Part shown: one piece after another, positions 45,994 through 56,504 of the stretch
Layout: every line of letters begins with the position of its first letter
Numbering within the stretch: position 1 is the first letter of the stretch
DNA from: Thermodesulfovibrionia bacterium
Lineage (GTDB): Bacteria > Nitrospirota > Thermodesulfovibrionia > UBA6902
Direction: 5' to 3'
Assembly: GCA_030646035.1 (NCBI GenBank)
Contig: JAUSMY010000056.1
Location: 5,481 to 69,480, forward strand
DNA length: 64,000 nt
Made by a program: the position numbers and the translations under genes
The notes under the pieces: model-generated
The model's input: only the letters and a program-made list of their open reading frames with translations
Told to the model about the DNA's origin: nothing
The model's database searches: none

Positions 45994-47505
45994 ATGTTTA
46001 ACCTTAACAGCCTTAAATTTAAGATTGCCATCATCACCTTCCTCCTGATTTCCATTATTATGATTGTAACTACCCGGAGGGATATTAATCTGACCGAAGA
46101 GAAGCTTCTTAGGGCACAGAAGGAGAAGACTGTCCTGCTTTCTGACAGGATAGCCCACGGCATAATGGTTCTTATGTTGAAGAGCAGGTGGAAAGATCTC
46201 CAGACAATGATGGAAAGCCTTGTCAAGGACAGTGAAGAACTGAAAGAGATCCGGATATTTCTTCCTGATGACGGCACCATAGTTGTCTCATCAGATCCCG
46301 CTGACATTGGGAAAAAGATATATGATGAAGACCTGGCAAAGTACCGTGAGGGAAATCATTTCGAGCCCTTCATGATCAAGAAGAATGATATGATCTATGC
46401 ATCCAAGCTGACAATGATAAAAAATAGTTCCGCGTGCCACAAATGTCATGGGGCTGAAAAAGATGTGCTCGGTGTCATGGATGTTGAGTTATCCCTCGCA
46501 AAGGTTCATTCAGATCTTCAAGATTTTGAAAAGGAACATTATTTAGATGCCTTTATTGGCTTTTCACTCATAATGGGAACCTTTTTATTTGTAATAGCCA
46601 TCCTGATAGACAGGCCTTTTAATCGTATGGTGCGTACTATAAAGAAGATAGAGAAGGGCGACCTTTCCGCCAGAATGGATATAAAGAGCAAAGATGAGAT
46701 CGGGCTTCTGGCAAAGAGTTTTGATAATATGGTAGAGGCGCTTGAATCTGCAAAAAATGAGCTTGAACTGACGCATGAGCAGCAGATGGAGAGGGCTGCC
46801 AAACTTGCAACTATCGGGGAGGTAGTTGCAGGAATCGCTCATGAGATAAAGAATCCCTTAACAGGCATCAGCTGTGCGGTGCAGCTTCTGCAGGCTGACC
46901 TGAGTGAGGACAGCAGCCAGAAGGTCATAACAGACAAAATATTAAATCAGGTCAAGAGGCTTGACAGGACAGTAAAGGACCTGCTGAGCTATGCAAAGCC
47001 TAAGGCCGCCCACTTTCTGCCGTTTAATATTAATGAAGTTATTGACAGGGCGGTCTTTCTTATTTATCCTGAAGCTAAAAGCCTTAATGTGAAGATCAAT
47101 ACTCAGATAGAAGAAGAATTGCCTGATATTGTAATGGACCCTGACCAGATGCAGCAGGTTGCGCTGAACCTGATGATCAATTCACTCCAGGCAATGCCTG
47201 AAGGCGGGGAACTCACGATAAAGGCATATAAAACGAATTATAAAGAGCTTGACGATTCTTTAAAGAAGGAGTTAAGCAGGGGCGAAAAACTGATCCTCAG
47301 CTTTGAGGATACAGGGAAAGGCATATCCTCTGAAGATATGGAATATATTTTTGAGCCGTTCTTCACCAGAAAAACAAAGGGTTCCGGCCTTGGCCTGTCC
47401 ATTACCCGAAAGATCATTCGTGAGCACGGCGGGGTGCTCAATTGTGAGAGTGAACTTGGCAAGGGTTCTCTCTTTACGATATACTTGCCGATAACGAAGC
47501 AATAG
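45994..47505 (+). CDS. Sensor histidine kinase with a periplasmic c-type heme (CxxCH) sensor domain, HAMP, HisKA and HATPase_c
   Basis: TM1, a periplasmic domain of about 150 aa containing CHKCH (46435-46449), TM2, HAMP, H-box IAHEIKNPLTG and N/G boxes. Confidence 0.75.
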   Translation: MFNLNSLKFKIAIITFLLISIIMIVTTRRDINLTEEKLLRAQKEKTVLLSDRIAHGIMVLMLKSRWKDLQTMMESLVKDSEELKEIRIFLPDDGTIVVSSDPADIGKKIYDEDLAKYREGNHFEPFMIKKNDMIYASKLTMIKNSSACHKCHGAEKDVLGVMDVELSLAKVHSDLQDFEKEHYLDAFIGFSLIMGTFLFVIAILIDRPFNRMVRTIKKIEKGDLSARMDIKSKDEIGLLAKSFDNMVEALESAKNELELTHEQQMERAAKLATIGEVVAGIAHEIKNPLTGISCAVQLLQADLSEDSSQKVITDKILNQVKRLDRTVKDLLSYAKPKAAHFLPFNINEVIDRAVFLIYPEAKSLNVKINTQIEEELPDIVMDPDQMQQVALNLMINSLQAMPEGGELTIKAYKTNYKELDDSLKKELSRGEKLILSFEDTGKGISSEDMEYIFEPFFTRKTKGSGLGLSITRKIIREHGGVLNCESELGKGSLFTIYLPITKQ

Positions 47506-47520
47506 GAGGGTATTGGTAAT

Positions 47521-48927
47521 TTGCATAATGTGAAAATTCTTGTCGTTGATGATGAGGAACTGATAAGGTCTTCGATTAAAAAGCACCTTGATAAAGAGGG
47601 CTATGAGGTGCTGACAGCAGAAAGCGGAGATGAGGGTCTGAAGACACTGAAGGTCCAGCTTCCGGATATAGTTCTGCTTGATCTTCATATGCCCGGCATC
47701 AGCGGAATGGAGACCCTTGAGGCGATAAAAAAATTCAACAAGGATACCGTTGTTGTCATCATAACTGCTCATGGTGCTATAGAAACGGCTGTCACTGCAA
47801 TAAAGCTCGGCGCATATGATTTCGTGGAAAAGCCTTTTGAATTGAACAGGGTATCAATAATTATTAAAAAGGCATTGGAGAATGTTGACCTGAAGAGAGA
47901 GGTCAATTTTCTCAGGAGCGAGCAGCATCAAAAATACAATTTTGACAGCATTATCTGCGAATCCGAGATAATGTCAAACATGGTTGCCCTTGCAAAGAGA
48001 ATTTCTGAAAGTGATGCAAATACCGTATTGATCCAGGGTGAAAGCGGCACAGGTAAAACCCTTATTTCCAGAGTAATTCATTATCATAGCCCAAGGGCCT
48101 CAAAGCCTTTTGTCGAGGTAACCTGTACGGCGCTGCCCGAGACGCTTGTTGAGAGCGAGCTGTTTGGATATGAAAAGGGCTCATTCACCGATGCCAAGGC
48201 GTCAAAGAAAGGCCTATTTGAAATGGCTGACGGCGGCACAGTATACCTTGATGAAGTTGGGGATATGAAGCCATCGACACAGGCAAAGTTCCTCAAGGTG
48301 ATAGAGGAAAAAACCTTCATGAGGATAGGCGGGCTCAAAGAGACTGCCGTTGATGTCAGGATCATAGCTACTACAAACAGGAACCTGAAAGAAGAGGTCA
48401 AGAGAGGCAATTTCAGAGAAGACCTTTATTACAGGCTTAATGTGATACCTTTGGAGTTTCCGGCTTTAAGGCAGAGAAAAGAGGATATTATACCTACGGC
48501 GATGCATTTTATTAATACCATGAGAAGAGAGTGCAGGAGGAATATCACAGGGATATCAAAAGAGGCCCAGGAGCTTTTATTGAACTATAACTGGCCCGGA
48601 AACATCAGAGAACTTAAGAATGTTGTTGAGAGGGTTTTTATACTTGGAACTGACGGCCCGATGCTTCCAAGCCACCTTCCGCTTGAGATATTGAATTATG
48701 GAAGCGGCCCCGTTCATAAAAATGAAGATTCTGAAAATAGAGCACAATCAGGTGAATTCAGCTTTAACCTGCCTGGTGACGGGATATCAATAGAAAATAT
48801 TGAGAAGGAATTTATTATTCAGGCGCTTCAGGTTACGAGGGACAACCAGACCAAGGCTGCTAAACTCCTTGGCCTTTCCAGGGATGCTCTTAGGTACAGG
48901 ATGCAGAAGTTTAAACTGATCGAATAA
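47521..48927 (+). CDS. Sigma-54-dependent response regulator (NtrC family). The start is more likely GTG at 47530 (MKILVVDDEE).
   Basis: REC domain, AAA+ domain with GESGTGKT and ESELFGYEKGSFTDA (GAFTGA-like), and a C-terminal Fis-type HTH. Confidence 0.85.
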   Translation: MHNVKILVVDDEELIRSSIKKHLDKEGYEVLTAESGDEGLKTLKVQLPDIVLLDLHMPGISGMETLEAIKKFNKDTVVVIITAHGAIETAVTAIKLGAYDFVEKPFELNRVSIIIKKALENVDLKREVNFLRSEQHQKYNFDSIICESEIMSNMVALAKRISESDANTVLIQGESGTGKTLISRVIHYHSPRASKPFVEVTCTALPETLVESELFGYEKGSFTDAKASKKGLFEMADGGTVYLDEVGDMKPSTQAKFLKVIEEKTFMRIGGLKETAVDVRIIATTNRNLKEEVKRGNFREDLYYRLNVIPLEFPALRQRKEDIIPTAMHFINTMRRECRRNITGISKEAQELLLNYNWPGNIRELKNVVERVFILGTDGPMLPSHLPLEILNYGSGPVHKNEDSENRAQSGEFSFNLPGDGISIENIEKEFIIQALQVTRDNQTKAAKLLGLSRDALRYRMQKFKLIE

Positions 48928-48943
48928 GTTCTTAATAAAGATC

Positions 48944-50803
48944 TTATCTTCTAAAACCTCCTATTGCAGTTGAGATTATCTCCTGCCTTAGTGATGTGAG
49001 GTTTGCGTCATTAGGATATAGATTCAATCCTTCCTCTGTAGTTATTCTCGCTTTCTTAAAATATGTAAGGGAGTTCCCGGGATCAAGCCGGCCCATTTTG
49101 AAATAGATCAATCCCTCAAGATGAAATGACGGCAGTCCGGGCCTTCTCTTCTTTTCCAGCTCATTCCATGAAAGGAACTTATTTATAACCTCCATGTTCA
49201 TGTTCGGAGCATAGGCGGCTTCAAGAGCTTTTCTGTACATGTAATCCGGTTCAGCCCAGTTTCTCAGATATATATTACTGACTGCGGGCAGAATGTCTTC
49301 CTCTGAGATGATATTTGTATTCATATAAAGTTGCTTGAAATGGTTGTACCTGCTGTAGTCGTAAAATGTTTTAAGCGCGTATCCGGCGATGCCCGCATAC
49401 AGCAGCACGGCAAATAAAACAACAGCAAGTAATAACGGCCTGCTCAGTTTTTCAAGTCCTGCTTTTTTTTCATTTTGAGAGGTTAATAAATATAGAAGTA
49501 TAATAAAAAGGAATGTATGCGCAGAAGACAGCTTCAGCGGATACTCGACCATCATATGCAGAAGGAGAGGCATAAAAAGCGCAATGGATATTCCGGCCTG
49601 CCTTATGCCTGTCTCCCTGAGTATTTTCCATATGCCGAAAAGTGCGATCATGACAGCCAGAATGCCGGCGATACCGCATTCAGAAAGAATATAGAGAAGT
49701 TCATTGTGGGGATGGCTTATGAATTCGTTATAGACCATACCCTTATAACGCGGGTTGTCTTTTGAGACGTCTGCCTTATAAAACATGAAGGTGCTGCCGA
49801 AGTTAGAGAAGCCCTGGCCGAAAAAAGGTTTATTCTTAAACATCTCATATGACGTGTCATACATTATAAGCCGTTCAGAGAATGACCGCTGGCTGGTGTC
49901 TGACAGCCAGTTCACCCTCTCTTTTGCCGCTGTTTCAGTACTCTCGATCGATCCGGCCCCGCTGCTTTTTGTGCTTATAAGATAGAACCCCGCGCTGATC
50001 CCGACTGCAAGCACCAGAGTCCATATTGCAAGATGTTTTCTTATGCCTGAGTATGCCCGCCAATTTGTAGGTAGCAGTATCATCATAGCGAGCGCTGCGC
50101 CTACAAGGCCTGCCCTTGAGCTTGCAACCATAAGGCCTGCAGATAATATAAAAAGGTAAAAATAAAAAAACACTTTCTTTATATTCTTATATCCATTGAA
50201 CCTTTCAGTTGTTATGAAATACAGGCATATTGCGATCCCTGTTGCTGTCCATGAAGCAAAGAGGTTCTTCTGCTGGAACGCACCTCCGACATCCGGTATG
50301 TATTTTGTAAGGGTTATTATTTTCATGGCGAAGCCTATCCCGAATGAATGGATATAATATGAATTGACGAAAAACTTCAGCATTATCATTATGGATTCAA
50401 TGACACAAGAGGCCATTACTATTAGAAGAATATTCTCTTTTGCCTTCTTATTAAAATCAAACTGATGGATGCCGAGCCATATTATTAAAGCACCGATAAG
50501 GCGCAGGGCGTTTATTGTGAAGATGTCAATATTTATTATCGGATTAAATATGCTGGTTGATAAAATAAGGATCACATATGCGATGAAATATTTTAAATAT
50601 GAAGGCAGGATAAAAGACTTATTGATAACAGCGTGTATGACAGAAAGCAGAACGAGGGTAAATAATCCGATCCAGATGAAATATTCACGCGGATGCGCGA
50701 CCGTCCCTCCCATGTTTGGGATGGAGATATGCATAATGCATAGCAGAATAATTGATATTACAACAATCGGCAATCTTTCGAATATCTTTAGTAGCTGTGT
50801 CAA
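48944..50803 (-). CDS. O-antigen ligase/Wzy_C-domain polytopic membrane protein with a C-terminal TPR-like soluble domain
   Basis: More than 10 TM helices. The Wzy_C-type motif is SHPHNELLYILSECGIAG. The C-terminal 150 aa are soluble. Confidence 0.55.
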   Translation of the reverse strand: MTQLLKIFERLPIVVISIILLCIMHISIPNMGGTVAHPREYFIWIGLFTLVLLSVIHAVINKSFILPSYLKYFIAYVILILSTSIFNPIINIDIFTINALRLIGALIIWLGIHQFDFNKKAKENILLIVMASCVIESIMIMLKFFVNSYYIHSFGIGFAMKIITLTKYIPDVGGAFQQKNLFASWTATGIAICLYFITTERFNGYKNIKKVFFYFYLFILSAGLMVASSRAGLVGAALAMMILLPTNWRAYSGIRKHLAIWTLVLAVGISAGFYLISTKSSGAGSIESTETAAKERVNWLSDTSQRSFSERLIMYDTSYEMFKNKPFFGQGFSNFGSTFMFYKADVSKDNPRYKGMVYNEFISHPHNELLYILSECGIAGILAVMIALFGIWKILRETGIRQAGISIALFMPLLLHMMVEYPLKLSSAHTFLFIILLYLLTSQNEKKAGLEKLSRPLLLAVVLFAVLLYAGIAGYALKTFYDYSRYNHFKQLYMNTNIISEEDILPAVSNIYLRNWAEPDYMYRKALEAAYAPNMNMEVINKFLSWNELEKKRRPGLPSFHLEGLIYFKMGRLDPGNSLTYFKKARITTEEGLNLYPNDANLTSLRQEIISTAIGGFRR

Positions 50804-50814
50804 TTCATGCTCCT

Positions 50815-52635
50815 TTATTTCGCATCAGAAGATTCAAAATCCTGTTTTAATTTGACCATACTGTTCCAGCCGGGGTAAAGACCCAGTCCTTCCTCAAGGA
50901 GCTTGTATGCCTCATCTTTTCTCCCGACGACATATAGAGAGAACGACCCTCTTTGGTATACATCCGGATGAGGGAAGACCTCTTTTTCCTTAATACAAAA
51001 GTCAGCAAAGTCTTCTATTGATTTCTTGTCACCATTCAGAAGTCCGATCCTGAAATTGGCATCAAAATAAAACCTCTTGCCAAGTTGTTCAAGATACACA
51101 TTGTCGACAGCAGGTTCAATAAGTTCAGGCCTGACAAGTCCTATAATAAGCAAGTCCTGATATTTTTTCATAGCTCTCTGAAGATTGAGGGTTGTTATTG
51201 AGAGGTAAGTTATGACCATAAAGAGCATGGCAGCAGTAGCAAGCGCGCCTGTCTTTAGCAGTCTGACAGGTTTTATCCTGATCTCTTTTATGAAATACGA
51301 CGACGGCAGATATAGTAAGAAAAGAAAGAGCGCCCAATGGGGCATGGACTGGTAAAGCGGATAACTTACCTGAGTATCAAATGCTATCGGAAATAAAAAG
51401 GCCGCATAAGTTCCGCCACGCTCTCTGCCGAGTTTGATAAGGCATACCATAAAGCCAACCCCGACCAACAGCAGCCCCGTCCCGCCAAGTAAGCCTGACT
51501 CCGCAGTCCTGTATAAAAACTCGTTATGCGGATGTAACGTAAAGGCAACTTCATATGGATATTCAGGATGTTCTTTGGCAAGCCTGCTCCTGTAATGCAT
51601 GAACTTGCTGCCGAAGCTGCCGGGCCCGTGGCCGATCAGCGGCCTGTCTTTTATCATGTTGACTGCCGTAAGGTACATCGGCACCCTCATGTCCTTTACC
51701 TCATCCCCGGACATGCTCTCCATCGTCATCTCTATCTTCTGACCTACAGAGCTGAGCGCAGAGTCCCTTTTGTAGTAATACTTCTCAGCAGCCACACTGC
51801 CGGTTATTCCCAAGCATATCATCATCAGCCATATGAAAGGGTAGAGCGCCTTCTCTCTGTAATGCACGTACCTCGCTGCCAGGAGTATAAGCGCTCCGGC
51901 TCCTGCCTCTATCACTCCTGCCCTTGAGCCTGTGAGAAAAATAATAAAGCACATGAGCAGCACAATAAGATAAAAGAGAGTTTTAAGCCAACTGCTGAAT
52001 CCCCTGAATATCTGCCCTGTTAAAAGATAAAGCGATATCACAATAGATGTCGCAAGATATGAGGCAAGGATATTTTGGTGCTGGAAATTGCCAAATACCT
52101 TGATCGGGGCAGGCGCTGCTATAAGAAAGATGCTTATTTCAGGGTTGAAGTACTGAAACAAACTTATCAGCGACTCTATCATGCCGGAGATGAATATTGC
52201 ATATAAGAGCCGCTCCTTCTCCTCATCAGAAAGCTCACATTGATGTAAGGCTATAAAGAATATTATCCCGCCAATGAGCCCGGCTGTTTCAAATATAAAT
52301 GAATGCCTGTCTATTATCGGATTAAAGAGGGCAGAAGGAAGCAGTGATAACAGAAAGATTAATATATATAAGGAAAGGCGCGGGACTGTTATCTTCCATT
52401 CATTGAATATATGTATCACTGAAAGAAGCACAAGTCCTGACAGAGTTATCCAGACAAAATATGCCACAGGCAGGACAAGCGGCGCGCCGAAGTTCCTTAT
52501 GGTTATATGTGAAATCACCAGAAAGAGCAGCGCAAGTATCCATAAATAAATTCTCTTTATCATATCTCTATTCACCCAGCTAAAAATACCAGAATCCTTC
52601 GGGCATGTCAAAAAAGGCTGGCAATAATTAAGCAC
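50815..52635 (-). CDS. Second Wzy_C-domain membrane protein with a C-terminal soluble domain (paralog of 48944..50803)
   Basis: TLHPHNEFLYRTAESGLLGG motif with the same architecture. Confidence 0.55.
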   Translation of the reverse strand: MLNYCQPFLTCPKDSGIFSWVNRDMIKRIYLWILALLFLVISHITIRNFGAPLVLPVAYFVWITLSGLVLLSVIHIFNEWKITVPRLSLYILIFLLSLLPSALFNPIIDRHSFIFETAGLIGGIIFFIALHQCELSDEEKERLLYAIFISGMIESLISLFQYFNPEISIFLIAAPAPIKVFGNFQHQNILASYLATSIVISLYLLTGQIFRGFSSWLKTLFYLIVLLMCFIIFLTGSRAGVIEAGAGALILLAARYVHYREKALYPFIWLMMICLGITGSVAAEKYYYKRDSALSSVGQKIEMTMESMSGDEVKDMRVPMYLTAVNMIKDRPLIGHGPGSFGSKFMHYRSRLAKEHPEYPYEVAFTLHPHNEFLYRTAESGLLGGTGLLLVGVGFMVCLIKLGRERGGTYAAFLFPIAFDTQVSYPLYQSMPHWALFLFLLYLPSSYFIKEIRIKPVRLLKTGALATAAMLFMVITYLSITTLNLQRAMKKYQDLLIIGLVRPELIEPAVDNVYLEQLGKRFYFDANFRIGLLNGDKKSIEDFADFCIKEKEVFPHPDVYQRGSFSLYVVGRKDEAYKLLEEGLGLYPGWNSMVKLKQDFESSDAK

Positions 52636-52945
52636 TTGAAATTAAAAAGAAGCATAGTTTAAAATACTGAACATTTTTTAGAATGATGTCTGGTTGAGTT
52701 GGACAGTTAACTGAGACTGATCAAACCATGAGACAATTTTTGCTTTATACATAATGAGTATTGCTTAATTATCAGGCAGGATATTAAAGTTAGTGCCAAG
52801 CTGTGTGAAATAACGCTTTAAGTTGGTTAAATCTATCAACTGTAATTTAAAATTTAAATAAACATTTAATATTTTCAGTCAATTTTATACGTAACTTGCT
52901 TGATTATAATGGATAATTAGATTTTTTCATGCTTCATGATAAAAT

Positions 52946-52961
52946 TGGTATGGGAATTGCA
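52946..52961 (+). promoter_or_regulatory. Candidate sigma-54 (-24/-12) promoter TGGTAT-N5-TTGCA upstream of the cytochrome gene
   Basis: GG at 52947-48 and GC at 52959-60 with the canonical spacing. It lies about 120 nt upstream of the likely cytochrome start (53079). An NtrC-type regulator is encoded at 47521-48927. Confidence 0.4.
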
Positions 52962-52991
52962 TCATTAATCGATGGAACAGGATAATAAATA

Positions 52992-54083
52992 ATGAAAACA
53001 ATAAATACAGGCAAGACTCGAAAAGCTTTTAAACCAAATTACTTTTTTAAAGTAATAAACAAAAAGGAGGAAACAAAGATGAAAAGATTACTATTAGCAA
53101 TGTGTTTAGTAATCGTGGTTGCATTCGCGTTCTACGGAACAGCTAATGCAGTCGGCGGTGTATGTTCTAACTGCCACACGATGCACGCAAGTCAGGATGG
53201 ATCAGCTGGAACTCCAAATGCCACGCTTTTGAAGAGTGCAGATGAATGTTTGGGTTGTCATGGCGGTACCGGTTCTGGTTCTGGTGCACCACTCGTTGAT
53301 AAAACAGGTGGAACAGGTATGCCGTCAGGTGGTTCTTTTAACGATGACTATGCAACATCACAGACTATGACACACAACGTATCAGACTTGTCAGTTTTAG
53401 CGTACTCCACAGCTGACCAAGATACTACACTTCTTAATGATCCTCCAGGCAATACAATGGATGGAACAGGCAATGCACTTACCGCACAGCTTAAGTGTGG
53501 CGGTACCAATGGTTGTCATGGTAATCACACATCTGCCGGCAGTACGGATGCTGTGAAGGGAATGCACCATGCAACAAAAGTTACTTACAAGTTCCTTAAG
53601 ATAGCAGCTGACAATTCAGGTGCAGGTACTAACGTTGCCGGAACATCTTCAGCTGACTATGAACAAGGCACAGTAGATGGTACAAACCACAATATTTATG
53701 CAGCAGGCGGCACAGACAGCATCAGCCAGTTCTGCAACAACTGTCATGATGATTTCCATGGCGCAACCGCTGGCGAGACAGGTACTGCTTCTCCCTGGAA
53801 ACGTCACCCGACGGATTTGCTTTTAACAGGAGCAATGGCTTCAGCGACAATAGATTATGTTAATACCCCGTTTGCATTCGTTTCAGCAGACAGGTCCGGT
53901 ATGGCTACAACTACAACTACCAACTATACAGCAGCTAAAGGTAATGTAATGTGTCTGTCATGTCACCGCGCACATGCATCTAACCAGCCTGATCTTCTCA
54001 GGTTTGCATACAGCGGTCTTAATGCTAATGCAGGCGGCGGCGGCACAACAGGATGTCTTGCTTGTCACGTAAATCAGAGGTAA
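52992..54083 (+). CDS. Secreted multiheme c-type cytochrome (5 CxxCH plus one CX5CH). The likely true start is ATG 53079 (MKRLLLAMC...).
   Basis: Strong SD (AAGGAGG) before 53079 and a signal peptide. Heme motifs are CSNCH, CLGCH, CGGTNGCH (atypical), CNNCH, CLSCH and CLACH. Confidence 0.6.
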   Translation: MKTINTGKTRKAFKPNYFFKVINKKEETKMKRLLLAMCLVIVVAFAFYGTANAVGGVCSNCHTMHASQDGSAGTPNATLLKSADECLGCHGGTGSGSGAPLVDKTGGTGMPSGGSFNDDYATSQTMTHNVSDLSVLAYSTADQDTTLLNDPPGNTMDGTGNALTAQLKCGGTNGCHGNHTSAGSTDAVKGMHHATKVTYKFLKIAADNSGAGTNVAGTSSADYEQGTVDGTNHNIYAAGGTDSISQFCNNCHDDFHGATAGETGTASPWKRHPTDLLLTGAMASATIDYVNTPFAFVSADRSGMATTTTTNYTAAKGNVMCLSCHRAHASNQPDLLRFAYSGLNANAGGGGTTGCLACHVNQR

Positions 54084-54136
54084 TTTGACATAGGTAAGGG
54101 GAACTTCGGTTCCCCTTACATCTATGGGTTTAAACA

Positions 54137-55315
54137 ATGATTAAGCCCATAGATGTAAAAAAAACAAAAGGAAATATGATGATAAATAAAAGAAAAAAAG
54201 ATGGGGTACTAAACAAAATAATTATCGCATCGGTTTTTATGGCTCTAATTGTATTGTCATCTCTCTCACCTGTTTATGCGCTTACAGGTGTATGCTCTAA
54301 CTGCCACACAATGCACAATAGTCAGGATGGCAGTACAGTAACAGGTGGTGCTGCAAATGATGTCCTGTTAACTGATGACTGTCTCGGGTGTCATAGTAAT
54401 GCCGGTTCATCAAAAATTCTTAACAATGTACCGCAGGTAATGCACACAGGTACTGATGACCTTGCAGGCGGTAACTTTAATTACTTAACTGCTTCTGACA
54501 CCAGAGGGCATAATATCATTGATCTTGCAAATCCTGATGATGTTCTTGATATCCCGCCCGGAGGAGATTGGCTCGCTCATTCTTCGGTTGTTGGTAAACT
54601 GATTGGTGATGACAGGCTTACATGCGCCGGTACTAATGGTTGTCATGGCTTAAGGGCTTTAGCGGGTCCTACTTTTCTTACTCCTCTTAATTCTTTAAAG
54701 GGTGCTCATCATAAAAATATTTCAACCGATAACACAAGCACAGCTGATGATAATTACAACAGCTACAGGTTTCTAAGGGGCGTTAAAGGTTATGAAAATA
54801 ACGTTTCCGGAAGCGAATGGCAGAATGTAGACGCAGCCAAACATAATGAATATTTAGGTTCAACAGAAACTGTTAGTTGCGCCACCAACAGTTGTCATTC
54901 TGCCACACCAGTTCCTAATATACAGCCGGCAACTCATACTATGAGCGGGTTCTGCGGCACCTGTCATGGTGAATTTCACATCTTGGACGGTACGGGAGAT
55001 GGTTCCTTTTCATCACCGTTCATTAGGCACCCGACTGATATAGTACTCCCGTCTGACATTGGCCGTGAATATGCCGCTTATACAGCATATAAAGTAAGCG
55101 CTCCTGTTGCAAAGCCACTTGCAGCGCTAACGGGCATTAGCGGTGTAGTAAATCCAGGTACTGACATTGTAATGTGTCTCTCTTGTCACAAGGCTCATGC
55201 AACTGACTTTCCTGACATGCTTAGATGGGATATGAATGATATGGTGGTTGGAACTACAGGGCCTGCTGCAGGAACCGGCTGTTTTGCCTGTCATACAGAA
55301 AAAGACGGCATCTAA
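54137..55315 (+). CDS. Secreted multiheme c-type cytochrome paralog (CxxCH x5, plus CX5CH and CX4CH variants)
   Basis: Signal peptide. [40 protein letters not shown]. The N-terminal ([15 protein letters not shown]) and C-terminal (VMCLSCH.AHA...PD.LR) blocks are shared with the upstream paralog. Confidence 0.6.
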   Translation: MIKPIDVKKTKGNMMINKRKKDGVLNKIIIASVFMALIVLSSLSPVYALTGVCSNCHTMHNSQDGSTVTGGAANDVLLTDDCLGCHSNAGSSKILNNVPQVMHTGTDDLAGGNFNYLTASDTRGHNIIDLANPDDVLDIPPGGDWLAHSSVVGKLIGDDRLTCAGTNGCHGLRALAGPTFLTPLNSLKGAHHKNISTDNTSTADDNYNSYRFLRGVKGYENNVSGSEWQNVDAAKHNEYLGSTETVSCATNSCHSATPVPNIQPATHTMSGFCGTCHGEFHILDGTGDGSFSSPFIRHPTDIVLPSDIGREYAAYTAYKVSAPVAKPLAALTGISGVVNPGTDIVMCLSCHKAHATDFPDMLRWDMNDMVVGTTGPAAGTGCFACHTEKDGI

Positions 55316-55357
55316 CTAAGTACCGGTTCGATATTTTTTAATCTACATAGAATTATC

Positions 55358-55397
55358 AAAAGGTTGCTCATGATAAATGAACAACCTTTTTTTTTAT
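55358..55397 (+). terminator. Rho-independent terminator after the cytochrome pair
   Basis: AAGGTTG...CAACCTT stem followed by T9. Confidence 0.55.
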
Positions 55398-55531
55398 CCT
55401 GAGCTCATAAACAAAATGAATGCCTTGCGTTATATAATTAATACTATTGAATGCTGCATAATAAATATCACCTATGCGTCATTACCGTGAAAGTGGAAAT
55501 GACAAACAAGCCGTAGTTTATAATACGAATT

Positions 55532-56503
55532 ATGAGATACAGCAAGAACATTACAATCAGGAGATACGAACTTCAAAGCAGTTATTTCAGCTTGTTGCTC
55601 TTCTCTTTTTTCTTAATTATTGGTTATCCTGGCCTTCTTCACGCACAGGGCTCGCTTGTAAGGTATTTCGATAAGATCGATTATGATGAAGAGTGGAATA
55701 AGCTTGCCAGGCCTTCATTTGCGATGTCTGAGCCTGTGATGGATGAGATTTACATAATAGATGGTAAAGGGCGTGTAATAATTTATTCCTCTGACCTCTT
55801 TCCGCTTCATTCACTTGGTAAAAGTGATAAGATTGAGCTGCCCGAAGGACTTACTGTTGATCCTGATGGCAACCTGTATGTAGCACAGTCATATTCAGAG
55901 AATAATCCGAGATACAGGATATCTGTCTTTAACCCCTGCCTTAAGTGGATGCGTGATATTTATCTGGATGGTTTTGAAGGCGCAGAGTCTTTTGTTCCGC
56001 ACCGTCTTGCCTTTGACAAGAAGAATAATCTCTATATTGCAGGCCTTTATTTTCCCGGAGTTCTGGTCCTTGACAATAACTTTAAGATAATCGATATCAT
56101 GTCTCCTGCAGAGGATGAAAAGAAGGTTGCACTGATAAACGTATCAATTGATGATTCCGGATTGATATACCTTGTGAGCGAAGAGACTGGGCATATATAT
56201 GTCTATGATGAGAATAGAAAGTTCATATACCAGTTCGGGGAAAAAGGCGGCAGCACGGGTAAGCTCAGCAGGCCGAGGGCTGTTGCGATAGATAACAAGA
56301 GAGGCTGGGTTTATGTGTTAGACTATATGCGCCATACAGTTAATACATATGATAAGAACGGCAACCTGCTTTTTGAGTTTGGCGGCATGGGATTCAGTGA
56401 CGGATGGTTCAGGTTCCCCACAGACATCAGCGTAAGTAAAGAAGGAGATGTGATAGTAACAGACCTGTTTAACCACAGGGTTCAGATATTTAAACCATAT
56501 TAA
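55532..56503 (+). CDS. NHL-repeat beta-propeller protein (secreted)
   Basis: N-terminal hydrophobic signal. Repeated NHL-like units (YVADQ-type: LYVAQSY, LYIAGLY, IYLVSEE, VYVLDYM, VIVTDLFNHRVQIF). Confidence 0.6.
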   Translation: MRYSKNITIRRYELQSSYFSLLLFSFFLIIGYPGLLHAQGSLVRYFDKIDYDEEWNKLARPSFAMSEPVMDEIYIIDGKGRVIIYSSDLFPLHSLGKSDKIELPEGLTVDPDGNLYVAQSYSENNPRYRISVFNPCLKWMRDIYLDGFEGAESFVPHRLAFDKKNNLYIAGLYFPGVLVLDNNFKIIDIMSPAEDEKKVALINVSIDDSGLIYLVSEETGHIYVYDENRKFIYQFGEKGGSTGKLSRPRAVAIDNKRGWVYVLDYMRHTVNTYDKNGNLLFEFGGMGFSDGWFRFPTDISVSKEGDVIVTDLFNHRVQIFKPY

Positions 56504-56504
56504 G

